From the NCBI GenBank assembly GCA_035193785.1, contig CP136572.1:256001-320000 (forward strand): 64,000 bases of DNA. The letters are read 5' to 3'. The translations under genes were made by a program, and so were the position numbers. Positions 27,214-38,958 of the stretch are shown here, piece after piece (position 1 is the first letter of the stretch; every line of letters begins with the position of its first letter). Origin of the DNA: Planktothrix sp. GU0601_MAG3 (GTDB lineage Bacteria; Cyanobacteriota; Cyanobacteriia; Cyanobacteriales; Microcoleaceae). The notes under the pieces were generated by a model that searched no databases, was not told the origin of the DNA, and saw only the letters and a list, made by a program, of their open reading frames with translations.

Positions 27214-28257
27214 TTAAAAAGGATTGGGATAATCATAAATAGCATAGGTATCACGCCCTTGTGTTTTGGCTTCATAAAGGGCTTGATCTGCTTGAATAAT
27301 TAAAGATGTGGGTGATGTATTGGGCTGAGGATATTGACAGGAAATTCCAAAACTTAAAGTGGTTTTTTTATAGATAGAAAAATTGGTCTGTAGGTGGTGA
27401 AGTTGTTCCACTTCAAGCTGTATATTTTTAGTCACTTGGACTGCACCTTCTAAGGAGGTTTCCGGGAGAATAATCACAAATTCCTCTCCCCCATAACGAA
27501 AAACCGCATCCCCCGGACGTTTGAGTGCTCGCTTAATCGCATCAGCTACTTGTTTAAGACAGAGATCCCCCGCCGGGTGACCATAGGTATCATTATAGAT
27601 TTTAAAATAATCTAAATCACAAAGAATCAAAGAAATTAACTGTTTATTTCTAGCCATCTGTCGCCAAATTCGAGGCAATTGTTCATCAAAATAACGACGG
27701 TTTCCTAACTCCGTGAGACTATCAATAAATGCTAATTTTTCTAATTTTAAATTAGCTGCTTTTAAAGATTCTTCCGTTTGAATTCGTTGCTCAACTTCTG
27801 ATTGAAGCTGATGATTTTTTTCAAATAGGGTGCGATTTTGGTATTCTAATTGATTATAAAGGTTTCTAATCATCAGTTGAGTTTTAACTCTAATAATAAC
27901 TTCTTCTGGTTGGAATGGTTTTTTGATATAATCCACCGCCCCTTCTGCAAATGCCCTAACAATATCCTCGGCTTGATCATAAATACTAATCATTAAAATT
28001 GGAATAGCATAGGTGCGAGGGTTGGCTTTAATCTGACGACAGAGATCATAACCATTAATATCAGGAAGTTGAATATCTAATAAAATTAAATCAGGGACTT
28101 GAACTTCAATGGTAGCCAGTGCGAGTTGACCATTAATTGCTTTTCTCACCCGATATCCTTGTTCGGTTAAAATTGCAGTTAAAACTCGCAAATTATCGGG
28201 GTAATCATCAATAACTAATATGTCACAGGGATTTAGGGGGTTTTGATCGTTATTCAT
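27214..28257 (-). CDS. REC-GGDEF diguanylate cyclase
   Basis: REC domain, DSLTELGNRR, RPGD I-site, YGGEEF. Confidence 0.93.
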   Translation of the reverse strand: MNNDQNPLNPCDILVIDDYPDNLRVLTAILTEQGYRVRKAINGQLALATIEVQVPDLILLDIQLPDINGYDLCRQIKANPRTYAIPILMISIYDQAEDIVRAFAEGAVDYIKKPFQPEEVIIRVKTQLMIRNLYNQLEYQNRTLFEKNHQLQSEVEQRIQTEESLKAANLKLEKLAFIDSLTELGNRRYFDEQLPRIWRQMARNKQLISLILCDLDYFKIYNDTYGHPAGDLCLKQVADAIKRALKRPGDAVFRYGGEEFVIILPETSLEGAVQVTKNIQLEVEQLHHLQTNFSIYKKTTLSFGISCQYPQPNTSPTSLIIQADQALYEAKTQGRDTYAIYDYPNPF

Positions 28258-30877
28258 TGCTTGGGGGATTGAATCTGATAAGTTAGATCAATAATTAGAT
28301 CGAATCTAAAATTTGATACCCATTCTTGAATTACTTGGCCTAAATCCAGAAATTCTGCTGGAATTTGATCAATTAATTGTAAAACTAAATCATCACTACA
28401 TTGGGTAGCTGCATGATGTAATTGTTGAATGAATGAATCAGGCAACATTGCCAGTTGAGTTTTTAATGCCGAAACTGACCAGAGATGTTGTAATTTTGGG
28501 GAACGTATAACTAAAACCGGGTTCTTGATAGATATATTCTACCCCTAGATGTTCTCTAATTTTTTCTAACAGAACTTCTTCTTTAAAGGGCTTACTAATC
28601 CAATCATTACATCCAGAAACTGAAATAGATTGCCGATCTTGCCCAAATACCGAGGCACTAATGGCTAAAATCGGAATAGAATGTTGTTGTTCTTGACTCC
28701 GAATTTGACGAGCCACAGCAAAGCCATCGAGAATCGGTAATTGTATATCTAAACAAATTAAATTCGGTTGCCAACTTTGCCAAAGGTTTAATGCCTCTTG
28801 ACCATCCCTGGCTTCTTGTACCTCAAAACCAATTCTATCCAACATTTTAACTAATAATGAGCGATTATCCGCATCATCATCTACAATTAAAATCCGAACT
28901 GAATTTTGACCGGGAGCTAGATGGATAATTTGTTGCTGGTTTTGGTTGGGGGAGACGCTGGTTTCCCTATCTATTCCTACTTGAATTTCAAAGGTAAAGG
29001 TTGAACCTTGTTCTCGAACCGATTTCACATCAATATCCCCTCCCATTAATTGGATAAAACTACGACTAATGGGCAGTCCTAATCCGGTTCCCTGAGCAGA
29101 TTTACGACCCACTTCTGTTTGGGTAAAAGCCTCAAATAATAAAGGCAGTTCTTCAGGAGAAATTCCGCCTCCCGTATCTTCAATTTCAAATTGAATATTG
29201 ATTTTTCGATTCTCTTTTATTGCTTCTGATCTAGCACTCAAGTTCAAGGGTAAAAATCGGTTAGTATCCTGGATACTTAGCTCATCTTCTGATCGGGGTT
29301 TAAATCCAGCACTTACTCGCAATTGAACTCGACCTTTCTCCGTAAATTTAATCGCATTTCCTAACAAATTTGCCAAAATTTGACGTAGCTTTCTCTCGTC
29401 GCCGATAATATATTGAGGAACAGTATTAGAGACATAAAACTTAAATATCAAGCCTTTACTTTCGGCTTTCAAGCGTAACATATCCTTAATATTATCCAGT
29501 AATATTAATAGATCAAATCGAGTTTCATTTAAAGTTGTCTTCCCAGCTTCGATTTTAGAAAGTTCTAAAACATCATTAATTAAATCCAGTAAATGTTCTC
29601 CACTGCGATTAATAATTTCAATGTACTTTCGCTGTTCTGCCAATAAATAACTATCCTTTTTCATAATTTGAGCAAAACCTAAAATTGCATTCAAAGGAGT
29701 CCGCAATTCATGACTCATATTAGCCAAGAATTCACTCTTAGCAGCATTGGCTGAATCAGCCGACTTTTTGGCAATTTTTAATTCTTCTGTTTGCTCTTGA
29801 ATCTTGGTAAAAAGTTGGGCTTGCTGAACAGCAACCCCTAATTGGCTGGCAATTTGGACTACCATGGAAATTTCTACATGATGCCATTTGCGAAAATCTG
29901 AACTTTGATAGGCTCCCAATAAACCCCACAGTTTATTGGCACAAAAAATAGCGACGGTCAAATAAGATTTAACTTGAAATCGCTCTAAAAAATCAATATA
30001 ACAGGGACTAAATTGAGCTTGATAAATATTTTCAACACATCGATAAACGACCCCTCGGCGGTAAACACCCCCTTGGGTTTCTTGTAAATAAGTATCTTCT
30101 ACAAGAATTTCAGGACTTTCCGTTAAGGATTCCAAGACACAACCGGAATTTAAAATCGCTGGTTGAGTCATCACCGGATCATGATATTGAGCTTTAATTA
30201 AGGGTATCCAACCCATTTCCACTGACTCAGCAACGACTTTTCCACTCCAGTCAGGATTAAATTGATAAATCACCACCCGATCGCAATGTAACACCCTCCT
30301 TAATTCCACGGTGGTAGATTTAAAGATTTTATTTAAGTTCAGGGTTTGGCGCATTCGTTGAATTACACGGGCGCTGGTTTTTTCTCGTTTAATACTTTGT
30401 TGCAGGGCCGTTTCAACCCGTCGCCGCTCTTGAATTTCTTTTTCTAATTGAGCTTTTTGTTCCTGTAACTGTTTTTGTTGTTCAACAATGGTTAACTGAT
30501 TTTTCACCCGAAACTATCACATCTTCAATCTCGAAGGGTTTGGTAATATAATCCACCCCTCCCACTTCAAAACCCTTAACTTTATTATTAATTTCAGCTA
30601 AAGCACTAATAAAAATTACAGGAATGTCCCGGGTTTGGGGGCAAGCCTTTAATTTTTGGCACAATTCATAACCATTCAAACCCGGCATCATAACGTCGAG
30701 TAAAATTACCTCCGGGGGATGATGATTGATTTGTTCTAAGGCCGATTCTCCATCCAAAGCTCGATCGACGTCATACCCGGCATCCGTCAAAACATGATAA
30801 AGCAGTTCCAGATTTTCTGGAAGATCATCAACAATTAAAATTTTGGAAGCTGGGGCATTGTCAGCACGGTTCAACAT
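28254..30877 (-). CDS. Hybrid kinase REC-GAF(cyanobacteriochrome-like)-HisKA-HATPase-REC; frameshifts near 30495 and 28460
   Basis: [43 protein letters not shown], two REC domains. Confidence 0.88.
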
Positions 30878-31115
30878 ATTCTGTCCTTTGGGCAATCAAT
30901 GGCATCCCAGGGACGCATTAACTAAAAAAATCCACCGCCATTTCTGGGGTGGAGTTTCAAACGTTCCATCCTAATATGGCACGGTTTCCTCGATGGTCTG
31001 CTTTTGAGCCAAGGCATCCTAGAATAGAATACCGGTTCAACAAAAAACCCATCTTCAATTATTAGTCCTTACAGTTGTAATCGGGGTTTGACACACCGCC
31101 AAACCCTCGACACCC

Positions 31116-31764
31116 CTAAACTTGAGCAGCTTTGGATGAACTCAAAGTCTCAGGATTAGCCTGGGCAGATTTGCCGTTATTTTCCGCATCTCCGTGGCGA
31201 GGTTGAATCACGCCATAACCACGGTGATTAGAAACGCTTGTAGATCACATTAATTTCTTCGGTTTCGGCATTGCGGAACATATAGAAATCATGATCAATA
31301 AATTGAAGCTGTTCTAAGGCCTCATCAACGGTGATCAGAGGCATCGCAAAATATTTTGTGCGAATCACCTCTGGGGGCAGTTCTGGAGAACGATCCCCGA
31401 TCAAATCTTCAACCACCGGATGCTCAATAACGACTTCACCGGTTTTAGGTAGATTTTGACTTTTATCCTGGCGTTTCTCCTTATACTTCCGCAGTTGGCG
31501 AGCAATTTTGTCGGCGACTAGATCAATGCTGGCGTAAAGATTTTCACTACTTTCTTGAGCGCGAATCACAGTTCCGTTGGCATAAATTGTCACTTCTGCG
31601 GTTTGTTTTGGATTTATCCGAGGGTTCCGAGCAACCGATAAATGTACATCCACTTCTGTTGTCAATTGTTCAAAATGACTGACAGCTTTTGTGATCTTCT
31701 GATGTACATATTCGTGAATTGCAGTCGTAACTTCCAAATTTTTACCCTGGATAACAAGCTTCAT
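31116..31764 (-). CDS. hpf: Ribosome hibernation factor HPF/LrtA; 3' frameshift
   Basis: [36 protein letters not shown] continues in another frame. Confidence 0.93.
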
Positions 31765-32030
31765 AAAGCTCCCTCCCGCTCATAATGTGGGCATATTCTC
31801 ACCTTAACACTAACCTGATACTAAACTTCACCCATTGCAATTTTTTTTTATCCTGTGACAATTCTTGACTTTTCTGGGGTTAAGTTTCGTCGAAAACCGC
31901 TTGATTTTTTTTCTGATCTCTTGTACGTTTTTTCTGATCTCCTTGAAGATGAATTAAGTATTCCTACTTATTATATTAGCATCAAATCTGTTACTGTATA
32001 TGCTGTTGAATTCTTTTTTTTACGCTGATT

Positions 32031-32697
32031 GTGGCTGTCCCCTGTCAAGTTTATTACTTCGGAGCGGTTCCCTATACAACGGCCTGGAATTGGCAGCAAT
32101 CCTTGGTTCAAGACCGCAAGCTGAACCCCGATCTCGATGATGTGTTCATTCTGTTGGAACATCCCCCCGTCTATACCCTGGGACAAGGGGCTGATTTACG
32201 GTTCCTGAAGTTCGATCCCGACAATTGTTCCTTGGAAACTGCATCGGGTGGAACGGGGTGGGGAAGTAACCTACCATTGTCCAGGGCAGCTTGTCGGCTA
32301 TCCGATTTTGAATCTACAACGCCACACCCCCGATTTACATTGGTATTTAAGGCAATTGGAACAGGTGCTAATTCAAGTTTTGGAGAGCTATGGACTCCCC
32401 GCAGAAAGGATTCCTGGGTTAACGGGAGTTTGGATTAATCAAACTAAAGTGGCGGCGGTGGGCATCAAAGTCAGTCGTTGGATTACGATGCACGGTTTTT
32501 CCCTGAATGTCTGCCCTGATTTACAGGGTTTTGAAGCAATTGTTCCCTGTGGGATTACCCATCGACCCGTTGGTAGTTTGGCTCAATTTATTCCAGGGAT
32601 TACTTTAGAGCAAGTCCGTTCCCAAGTTGCTGAAACCTTTGCTCAAGTATTTGAACTTGAGTTGATTCCTCCCCAATTAGAATTAACAATTAATTAA
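32031..32697 (+). CDS. lipB: Lipoyl(octanoyl) transferase LipB; frameshift near 32240
   Basis: [36 protein letters not shown]. Confidence 0.95.
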
Positions 32698-32892
32698 CAA
32701 TTATGTTAAGCCAGCAAGATTATTTCAACCGGACTGGTAATGATTGAAAATTATGTTATAATCACAAGTGGATTAGGTATCGGTAGCCCTGTAATGCTGG
32801 AATCAGGAAAAATTTTTCTGTTTAGTGTAAGTCCTACTCGCTTACCTCCGACTTCCAATCTCTGCACACCACTCGATTTTAAGAGGTAAGTA

Positions 32893-33225
32893 ATGACTAT
32901 TTACGTTGGTAATTTATCTTACAGCGTCACTGAAGATGATCTTAAAGATGTCTTTGGTGAGTATGGAACTATTAAAAAAGTTCAGCTTCCTATTGACCGT
33001 GAAACCCAACGCAAACGAGGTTTCGGTTTTGTGGAAATGGAAACCGAAGCCCAAGAAGACAAAGCCATTCTGGAGTTAGATGGCGCGGAATGGATGGATC
33101 GGGTTCTCAAGGTCAATAAAGCCCGTCCCCAAGAAGAACGCAGCAAACCCCGGGGTGGCGGCGGCGGCGGCTGGGGTGGCGGCGGCGGTGGCGGTGGTGG
33201 TGGTGGTGGTTACCCCCGTCGATAG
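32893..33225 (+). CDS. rbp: RRM RNA-binding protein with Gly-rich tail (Rbp family)
   Basis: IYVGNLSY (RNP2), RGFGFVEM (RNP1), poly-Gly tail. Confidence 0.95.
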   Translation: MTIYVGNLSYSVTEDDLKDVFGEYGTIKKVQLPIDRETQRKRGFGFVEMETEAQEDKAILELDGAEWMDRVLKVNKARPQEERSKPRGGGGGGWGGGGGGGGGGGGYPRR

Positions 33226-33299
33226 ACCGTTTTCCTCTTGAAAAAATGAGTTTAAAGCCCCTAAGTTCTTTTCTAGTCGGGCTTTTAATTCGTTGATAG

Positions 33300-33735
33300 G
33301 TGCTTAGTTCCGGTGCCGCCCTAGGACATTCTGATACTTGAACTAGAGGTGGAGAAAGCGTAGGGTCTAGGAATTCAGCCTGATCCACAAGGAACCCACA
33401 CTTTACCTTCGCGTAAGTGTTAGTCGTTCGCCACTCAATCCAAAGCATTCACACACCTTATCTCAGTCCATTGCCAAGGATCACCTAAGCATGGAGTGAG
33501 ATAAGGTTGAAATTTGTGTTATAGTAAGAAATGCTTTGCATGGGGAGTAAATGGCAAGCACTAAGCCGTGTGGGAAAATTTTTTCTACCATGCTTCGATT
33601 TATGCGGGTGTTCCCCATTGTTATCATCTGAGGCTGTCTCAAGCCTCGATCGGTGCTTCGGGGAGCGGACAGGGGTCTGTGAATGTGAAGACCTAAATTG
33701 TCCCGTTGCTATCCGCTAAGTCAGGGTAGCTTGTT
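33300..33735 (+). ncRNA. Candidate structured RNA or long structured rpsU leader
   Basis: GC-richer than other spacers, several stems (33398-33420, 33441-33538, 33630-33647, 33667-33703, 33708-33730), no credible ORF; strand is assumed from the flanking genes. Confidence 0.4.
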
Positions 33736-33770
33736 AAACCAATCTATAATTTTAACTGGGAGAATATGGA

Positions 33771-33987
33771 ATGAGCCAAGTCGTTCTCGGTGAAACTGAG
33801 CAATTAGAGTCTGCTTTGCGTCGCTTTAAACGAAAAGTTTCACAAGCTGGCATTTTTGCCGATCTGAAAAAAAATCGTCACTTTGAAACCCCCGGACAAA
33901 AACGCAAGCGTAAAGAGGTAGCTCGCCATAAAGAAACGCCGTCGCCTTCGCAACCGTAGACAACAATTTCAAAATAGTGAGCCCTAA
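33771..33987 (+). CDS. rpsU: 30S ribosomal protein S21; 3' frameshift
   Basis: [16 protein letters not shown]...HFETP. Confidence 0.93.
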
Positions 33988-34111
33988 AGGGAAAAACGGA
34001 CATTTGCAGTGAGCAGTTAGTCGGTGTTTGTCCGTCATTTGGTACGAACAGGGACGTTTGTATTTTGCGTCGTTCACGACTAACTGTTTGCTTTCCCGGT
34101 TTTCCGACACA

Positions 34112-35851
34112 TTAATTCTTTCCTGGCCCTAGGCTTGACTCTCGACTTAATGCGTGATGATCCTCCCAGGGAAATCTTTCTGGGGGGAGAGACTGCCACA
34201 GTTGCTCTATGTGATTGGCTGGCATGGTTAGATATAAAATATCCCCCGGTTGTAGCAGAAAATTTAATAGTTCCCAACTGTGAATGGTTTGATAGGCTGT
34301 CTCAATATATAAAGGAACAAAATCGGCTTTTCTAGCCACCTCTTGGACTCGTTTTCCACAAAAGGGGTGATTATGGGTAATCAGAGTTCCTAAAGCCACC
34401 CACAAACTATCCGCCGTAATTCCGCTTCCTAAAATTCGTCCTCCCAGGGCGGCGGCGGCAAAGGCTGGAGCCGCGATTTCCGTTGTATTTAAGACCGCTT
34501 CAAAATCAAAAATCTGTTGCACCATCAAGGCAAAATGGGAATCGTGGGTACGGGTGATCACCCTTAATCGCGGTGCTAATCCCCTGGCACTTAAAACAAT
34601 TTCTAAATTTCCCGTATCATCATTGGTAACGGCTAATAGTGCTTCTGCTGCTTCAATATTAACACTTTTGAGAGTATTAGCTAGACTCGCATCTCCTTCA
34701 AAAATGGGAATTTTCAATCCCTTGGCGGTGCTGAGAAAACGACTATTGGGGTCACGTTCAATAACTACTACTTCATAGCCCCGTTGATATAAATGTTGGG
34801 CAATATTTAATCCTAATTCTCCTAATCCACAAATAACATAGTGATTGCGTTCGGGAACTCTGGTCGCATCCAGATAATCTTTTAAACGTGTTCCTAAGAT
34901 AAAATCATTTAATAGGGCATAACTAATTCCCACAACTCCGGTGCCAATTAACATCATCACCACCGTAAATATTTTAATACTTTCAGGGGAATGTTCTACT
35001 ACTTGTTCATTACCTCCGGCTCCGGTAATCATCCCCACGGAAAAATAGAGGGAATCTACAAAAGAATAACTAGGATCGACAACAACATAGGTTAAAGCGG
35101 CTCCTAATATAGTTAGGCATAAAATCGAACTGACAATTAGGGCCGACTTAGCATATTGTTTGAATTTTTGTAGCCCTCGTTTGAATTTAAGAAACCGATA
35201 TTTCAGATCCTTTTGAATTTGATGGGTTTGGGGTTTAATAGCTACAATTAAGCGATCGCCCACCTCCAATTTTTGATCCGCCATCACCCCAGAGACTAAA
35301 TCAATTTTATCTTTAAAAGGCAAATAATAAATTAACATTCGACCCGAATCAGCCCATAAATCCCTCAAACTATGTCCTAACCAGGGATGATTTTCGTCGA
35401 TCAATTCTTCATGAATCGGCCAAATTTGATTAAATAATTCTAGTTGTCCAATCGCCTGATTTCCCAAAGCAGCAAAGGCAAATACGGGGGCGGCTAGAGC
35501 CGAAACGCTCATGGTACTATGATCGGGTAACGTTTGATTGAGGCGGGTTCCTAAATTAGTATTAAATAAACGATTAATAATCCGAATTTGAGGATTTAAA
35601 ATTCGGGCTTGCATTAAAATCGCTAAATTTGTCGCTTCATCATTTCCGGCTAAAATCAAAGCATTAGCCGTCTTCACCCCGGCGGCTAATAAAGTCGAAG
35701 CGGAGCGTAAATTCCCCACCACCACATCAGACCCTTCATGGGGGATAGGTTTATCGCTGATGCCCACAACGATAGCACCTTGTTGTTTTAGGAGCCTAAA
35801 AATCTGATATCCAGTGCGACCTAAACTACAAACAATAATTCGAGGTTTCAT
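34112..35851 (-). CDS. Potassium channel-family protein with TrkA-N/TrkA-C (RCK) domains
   Basis: IIVCSLGRTG, YVICGLGELG, TM pair with SLYFSVGMITG pore-like segment. Confidence 0.85.
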   Translation of the reverse strand: MKPRIIVCSLGRTGYQIFRLLKQQGAIVVGISDKPIPHEGSDVVVGNLRSASTLLAAGVKTANALILAGNDEATNLAILMQARILNPQIRIINRLFNTNLGTRLNQTLPDHSTMSVSALAAPVFAFAALGNQAIGQLELFNQIWPIHEELIDENHPWLGHSLRDLWADSGRMLIYYLPFKDKIDLVSGVMADQKLEVGDRLIVAIKPQTHQIQKDLKYRFLKFKRGLQKFKQYAKSALIVSSILCLTILGAALTYVVVDPSYSFVDSLYFSVGMITGAGGNEQVVEHSPESIKIFTVVMMLIGTGVVGISYALLNDFILGTRLKDYLDATRVPERNHYVICGLGELGLNIAQHLYQRGYEVVVIERDPNSRFLSTAKGLKIPIFEGDASLANTLKSVNIEAAEALLAVTNDDTGNLEIVLSARGLAPRLRVITRTHDSHFALMVQQIFDFEAVLNTTEIAAPAFAAAALGGRILGSGITADSLWVALGTLITHNHPFCGKRVQEVARKADFVPLYIETAYQTIHSWELLNFLLQPGDILYLTMPANHIEQLWQSLPPERFPWEDHHALSRESSLGPGKN

Positions 35852-35999
35852 AGGTATTACAATCCATAAAAGCGATCGTCCCACTAAAGTTCTTGATCTG
35901 ATAGTCACCTAATGAGATTATGAACGGTTGGATTTACCCTAAACTGTATCTTAAAACACTAACTCCCAGAGAAAAGTGCTTTCAGAATTCATCAACTGA

Positions 36000-36085
36000 T
36001 TAATTTTCTTTTTTAACGGATTGATGCGATCGCTTTGGGATTTAATTTCTACGACCAAATCAGGCACTAATTCGGCAAAATTTTG
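36000..36085 (-). pseudogene. Uma2 (DUF820) remnant
   Basis: Minus strand reads QNFAELVPDLVVEIKSQSDRINPLKKKI, a Uma2 core motif with no N-terminus. Confidence 0.55.
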
Positions 36086-36143
36086 ATATGGTATCTTGAT
36101 GCTAACAAAAAAAGCGATCGCCATGCCCCCAATAATTAATAGT

Positions 36144-36566
36144 TTAGAGTCCAGTTAAAGCATCGGTATTCGGGTCGGGGAGAGGCTGTTGAACATCGAT
36201 ATTAGACCAGGATTTCCCAGGAGGAGAGGGACGTTGAACCGATAAACGATTAGTTTGTTGTAACCGTCCTTGATCCTGTAACTTGACCAATTCTTCTTGA
36301 TAAATTTCCATTAGCCGAGCTAAACTTTCAGCAATTTGATCCCAACTTTCATCACTGACGATTTTATCGGCAATCCCTTGAAACAGATCTCCTTGTTTGC
36401 TTTTCTTGACAAATTCCTTCAACCGTTTCCCCGATTTTTGTAAAGCCGCTTGGTAAACTTCCCCATTCGACCACCAGAGGCCAGGTTGAGTTAATAACCA
36501 AGTCAGGATATATTCTTGGGCGTGTTGTTCCTTAACCCAAGTGGCGAGATACTGTAATTCTTCCAT
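36144..36566 (-). CDS. Hypothetical protein
   Basis: 140-aa ORF with protein-like composition; no recognised motif. Confidence 0.65.
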   Translation of the reverse strand: MEELQYLATWVKEQHAQEYILTWLLTQPGLWWSNGEVYQAALQKSGKRLKEFVKKSKQGDLFQGIADKIVSDESWDQIAESLARLMEIYQEELVKLQDQGRLQQTNRLSVQRPSPPGKSWSNIDVQQPLPDPNTDALTGL

Positions 36567-36710
36567 CGGTTTTGATCAAACTGCACTAAATTCTTTATCC
36601 GGCAAATCTTTAAAAAAATCTGACTTAAATTATACACCCAGTAAAATCAACGCTAATCTAATAAGATTACTGCATTCAGTAACCCACAATATTACATTCA
36701 ATAGAAATCT

Positions 36711-38133
36711 ATGACCCTGCAAAAATTTGGTGTAATTGGTCTAGCCGTCATGGGTGAAAACCTGGCGCTCAACGTCGAGCGGAATGGGTTTCCGATCGCA
36801 GTTTATAACCGCACCGGAGCCAAAACCGATGAGTTTATGCAGCAACGGGCGCAAGGAAAAAACGTCAAAGCGGCCTATACCCTAGAAGAATTTGTCCAAT
36901 CCTTAGAAACGTCCCCGCCGAATTTTGGTGATGGTCAAGGCCGGAAAACCCGTTGATGCCGTCATTGATCAGCTTAAACCGTTGCTGGATCAAGATGACA
37001 TGATTATCGACGGTGGCAACTCCCTCTATGAAGACACCGAACGCCGCACCAAAGAACTAGAAGCCACGGGTTTAGGGTTTGTGGGCATGGGTGTGAGTGG
37101 CGGGGAAGAAGGAGCCCTTTGGGGGCCGAGCCTGATGCCAGGGGGTACGGAAGCCTCCTATAAAGAATTAGAGCCCATTCTGGTCAAAATTGCCGCCCAA
37201 GTGGATGACGGCCCCTGCGTGACGTTTATCGGGCCAGGGGGGGCAGGTCACTACGTTAAAATGGTGCATAACGGCATTGAATATGGCGATATGCAGTTAA
37301 TTGCCGAGGCCTACGACCTGCTGAAAAATGTCGCCGGGTTGAGCGCGGCGCAACTGCATGAAGTCTTTGCCCAATGGAATACCACCGACGAACTCAATTC
37401 TTTTTTAATTGAAATTACGGCGGATATTTTCAAAAAAGTTGACCCAGAAACGGGTTCTCCTTTAGTGGATTTGATTGTTGATTCTGCGGGACAAAAAGGC
37501 ACTGGACGTTGGACGGTAATGAGTGCTTTAGAGTTGGGAGTTTCGATTCCCACAATTATCGCGGCGGTGAATAGTCGGATTATTTCTTCCTATAAAGATC
37601 AACGGGTAGCTGCTTCGGTAGAATTGCCTTGGCCGACGAGTGAATATCAGGGAGATATTGCCGAATTAGTGAATAAAATTCGGGATGCCTTGTACTGTTC
37701 TAAAATTTGTTCCTATGCTCAGGGTATGGCGTTATTAAGTGCCGCTTCTAAGGAGTATGGATACAATTTGGATTTGGGAGAAATGGCGCGAATTTGGAAG
37801 GGTGGCTGTATTATTCGGGCGGGATTTTTGAATAAAATTAAAGCCGCTTTTAGCGAAAATCCTGACTTACCGAATTTGTTATTAGCGCCGGAATTCAAAC
37901 AGACGATTTTAGATCGTCAACAAGCCTGGCGGGAAGTGTTAGTTATTGCTAATCAATTTGGAATTCCGGTTCCGGGTTTTAGTGCGTCCTTGGACTATTT
38001 TGATAGTTACCGACGGGCAACTTTACCCTTAAATTTAACCCAAGCTCAACGGGATTATTTTGGTGCCCATACCTATGAACGCACCGATAAACCCAGGGGC
38101 GAATTTTTCCACACGGAATGGACAAAAGATTAA
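36711..38133 (+). CDS. gndA: NADP-dependent 6-phosphogluconate dehydrogenase; frameshift near 36915
   Basis: [32 protein letters not shown]. Confidence 0.97.
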
Positions 38134-38144
38134 ACCTTTAACCC

Positions 38145-38242
38145 TTCGTAGTGAGGCGTTCACGCCTCACAGCCCTGAAGGGCTTACTACGAAGGTAGTG
38201 AGGTGTTTACGCATCAAAGAAAGCCCTAAAGGGCTTACTACA
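38145..38242. repeat. Tandem GTAG-type REP-like palindromes (GTAGTGAG...GCCCTGAAGGGCTTACTAC)
   Basis: Two units here; related copies at 41883-41925 and 61842-61948. Confidence 0.75.
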
Positions 38243-38295
38243 TTAAATTTCACTGATAAAAAAAGGTTACGGCAGAAACCTGATTTCTGGACTCG

Positions 38296-38511
38296 TTAAG
38301 CGGCTACAGAAATTGCCTTAATTTTAAGGGTAGGTTCGGGAATAGCTTGACCGTCTTCTCGCAGAGTGTCAATATACAATTCAATCGCTTCTTTAATATT
38401 ATTTTCTGTTTCTTCTAAAGTTTTTCCTGTAGAAATACAACCGGGTAAGTCGGGAACATAAGCAGAATAGTTACTCCCAGCCCATTCAAAAATTGCAACA
38501 TATTCTTTCAT
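38296..38511 (-). CDS. hicB: HicB antitoxin
   Basis: YSAYVPDLPGCISTGKT.EE....IKEAI. Confidence 0.9.
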   Translation of the reverse strand: MKEYVAIFEWAGSNYSAYVPDLPGCISTGKTLEETENNIKEAIELYIDTLREDGQAIPEPTLKIKAISVAA

Positions 38512-38702
38512 GGTTTATCCTCTAATTGTGCTTGTTTCCAGATGCTTTTGAGAGTTCCAATGGCAACTTCATCAGAAAAATTACCCGGTAAAACAACGAT
38601 ACCGGATTTTTTAGGATGTTTTAGCACTCGATGACTTCCGCGCATTCTTGCTTCATACTATCCATCCGCTTCTAATCGCTTTAGTACCTCACGAACTTTC
38701 AT
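38508..38702 (-). pseudogene. hicA: HicA toxin with an in-frame TAG
   Basis: MKVREVLKRLEADG*YEARMRGSHRVLKHP...IGTLKSIWKQA; TAG at 38658-38660 where Trp (DGW) is expected. Confidence 0.85.
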
Positions 38703-38882
38703 TAATTAATTTTCTCGGTGTGTTTATAGGTGCTCAGAAACCGGGTTTCTTTAGCAATCTTTCTATTATGCAGCAAAAGTTATTGCAGAAACCGGGTTTT
38801 ATGAAAAGAGGGCGGGTTGATTAAAATTATTGCTGGTTGACACAATTTTTTGATCAACCCGCCCCTACAAAAAAATTTTTAA

Positions 38883-38896
38883 CGCGCTGACGCGCG
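38883..38896 (-). promoter_or_regulatory. GC hairpin downstream of the putative DGR variable region
   Basis: Minus strand CGCGC-GTCA-GCGCG flanked by TTTT/AAAA, about 62 nt after the stop. Confidence 0.6.
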
Positions 38897-38958
38897 AAAA
38901 GGGAAGAAGGGGAAAGAAGAAAGAAGGGTAAAGGGCTAAAGGGCTAAAGGACAAAGGG

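Noticed and set aside
33113..33448. His/Arg-rich ORF on the minus strand
   Set aside because: It is the antisense shadow of the Gly-rich rbp tail.
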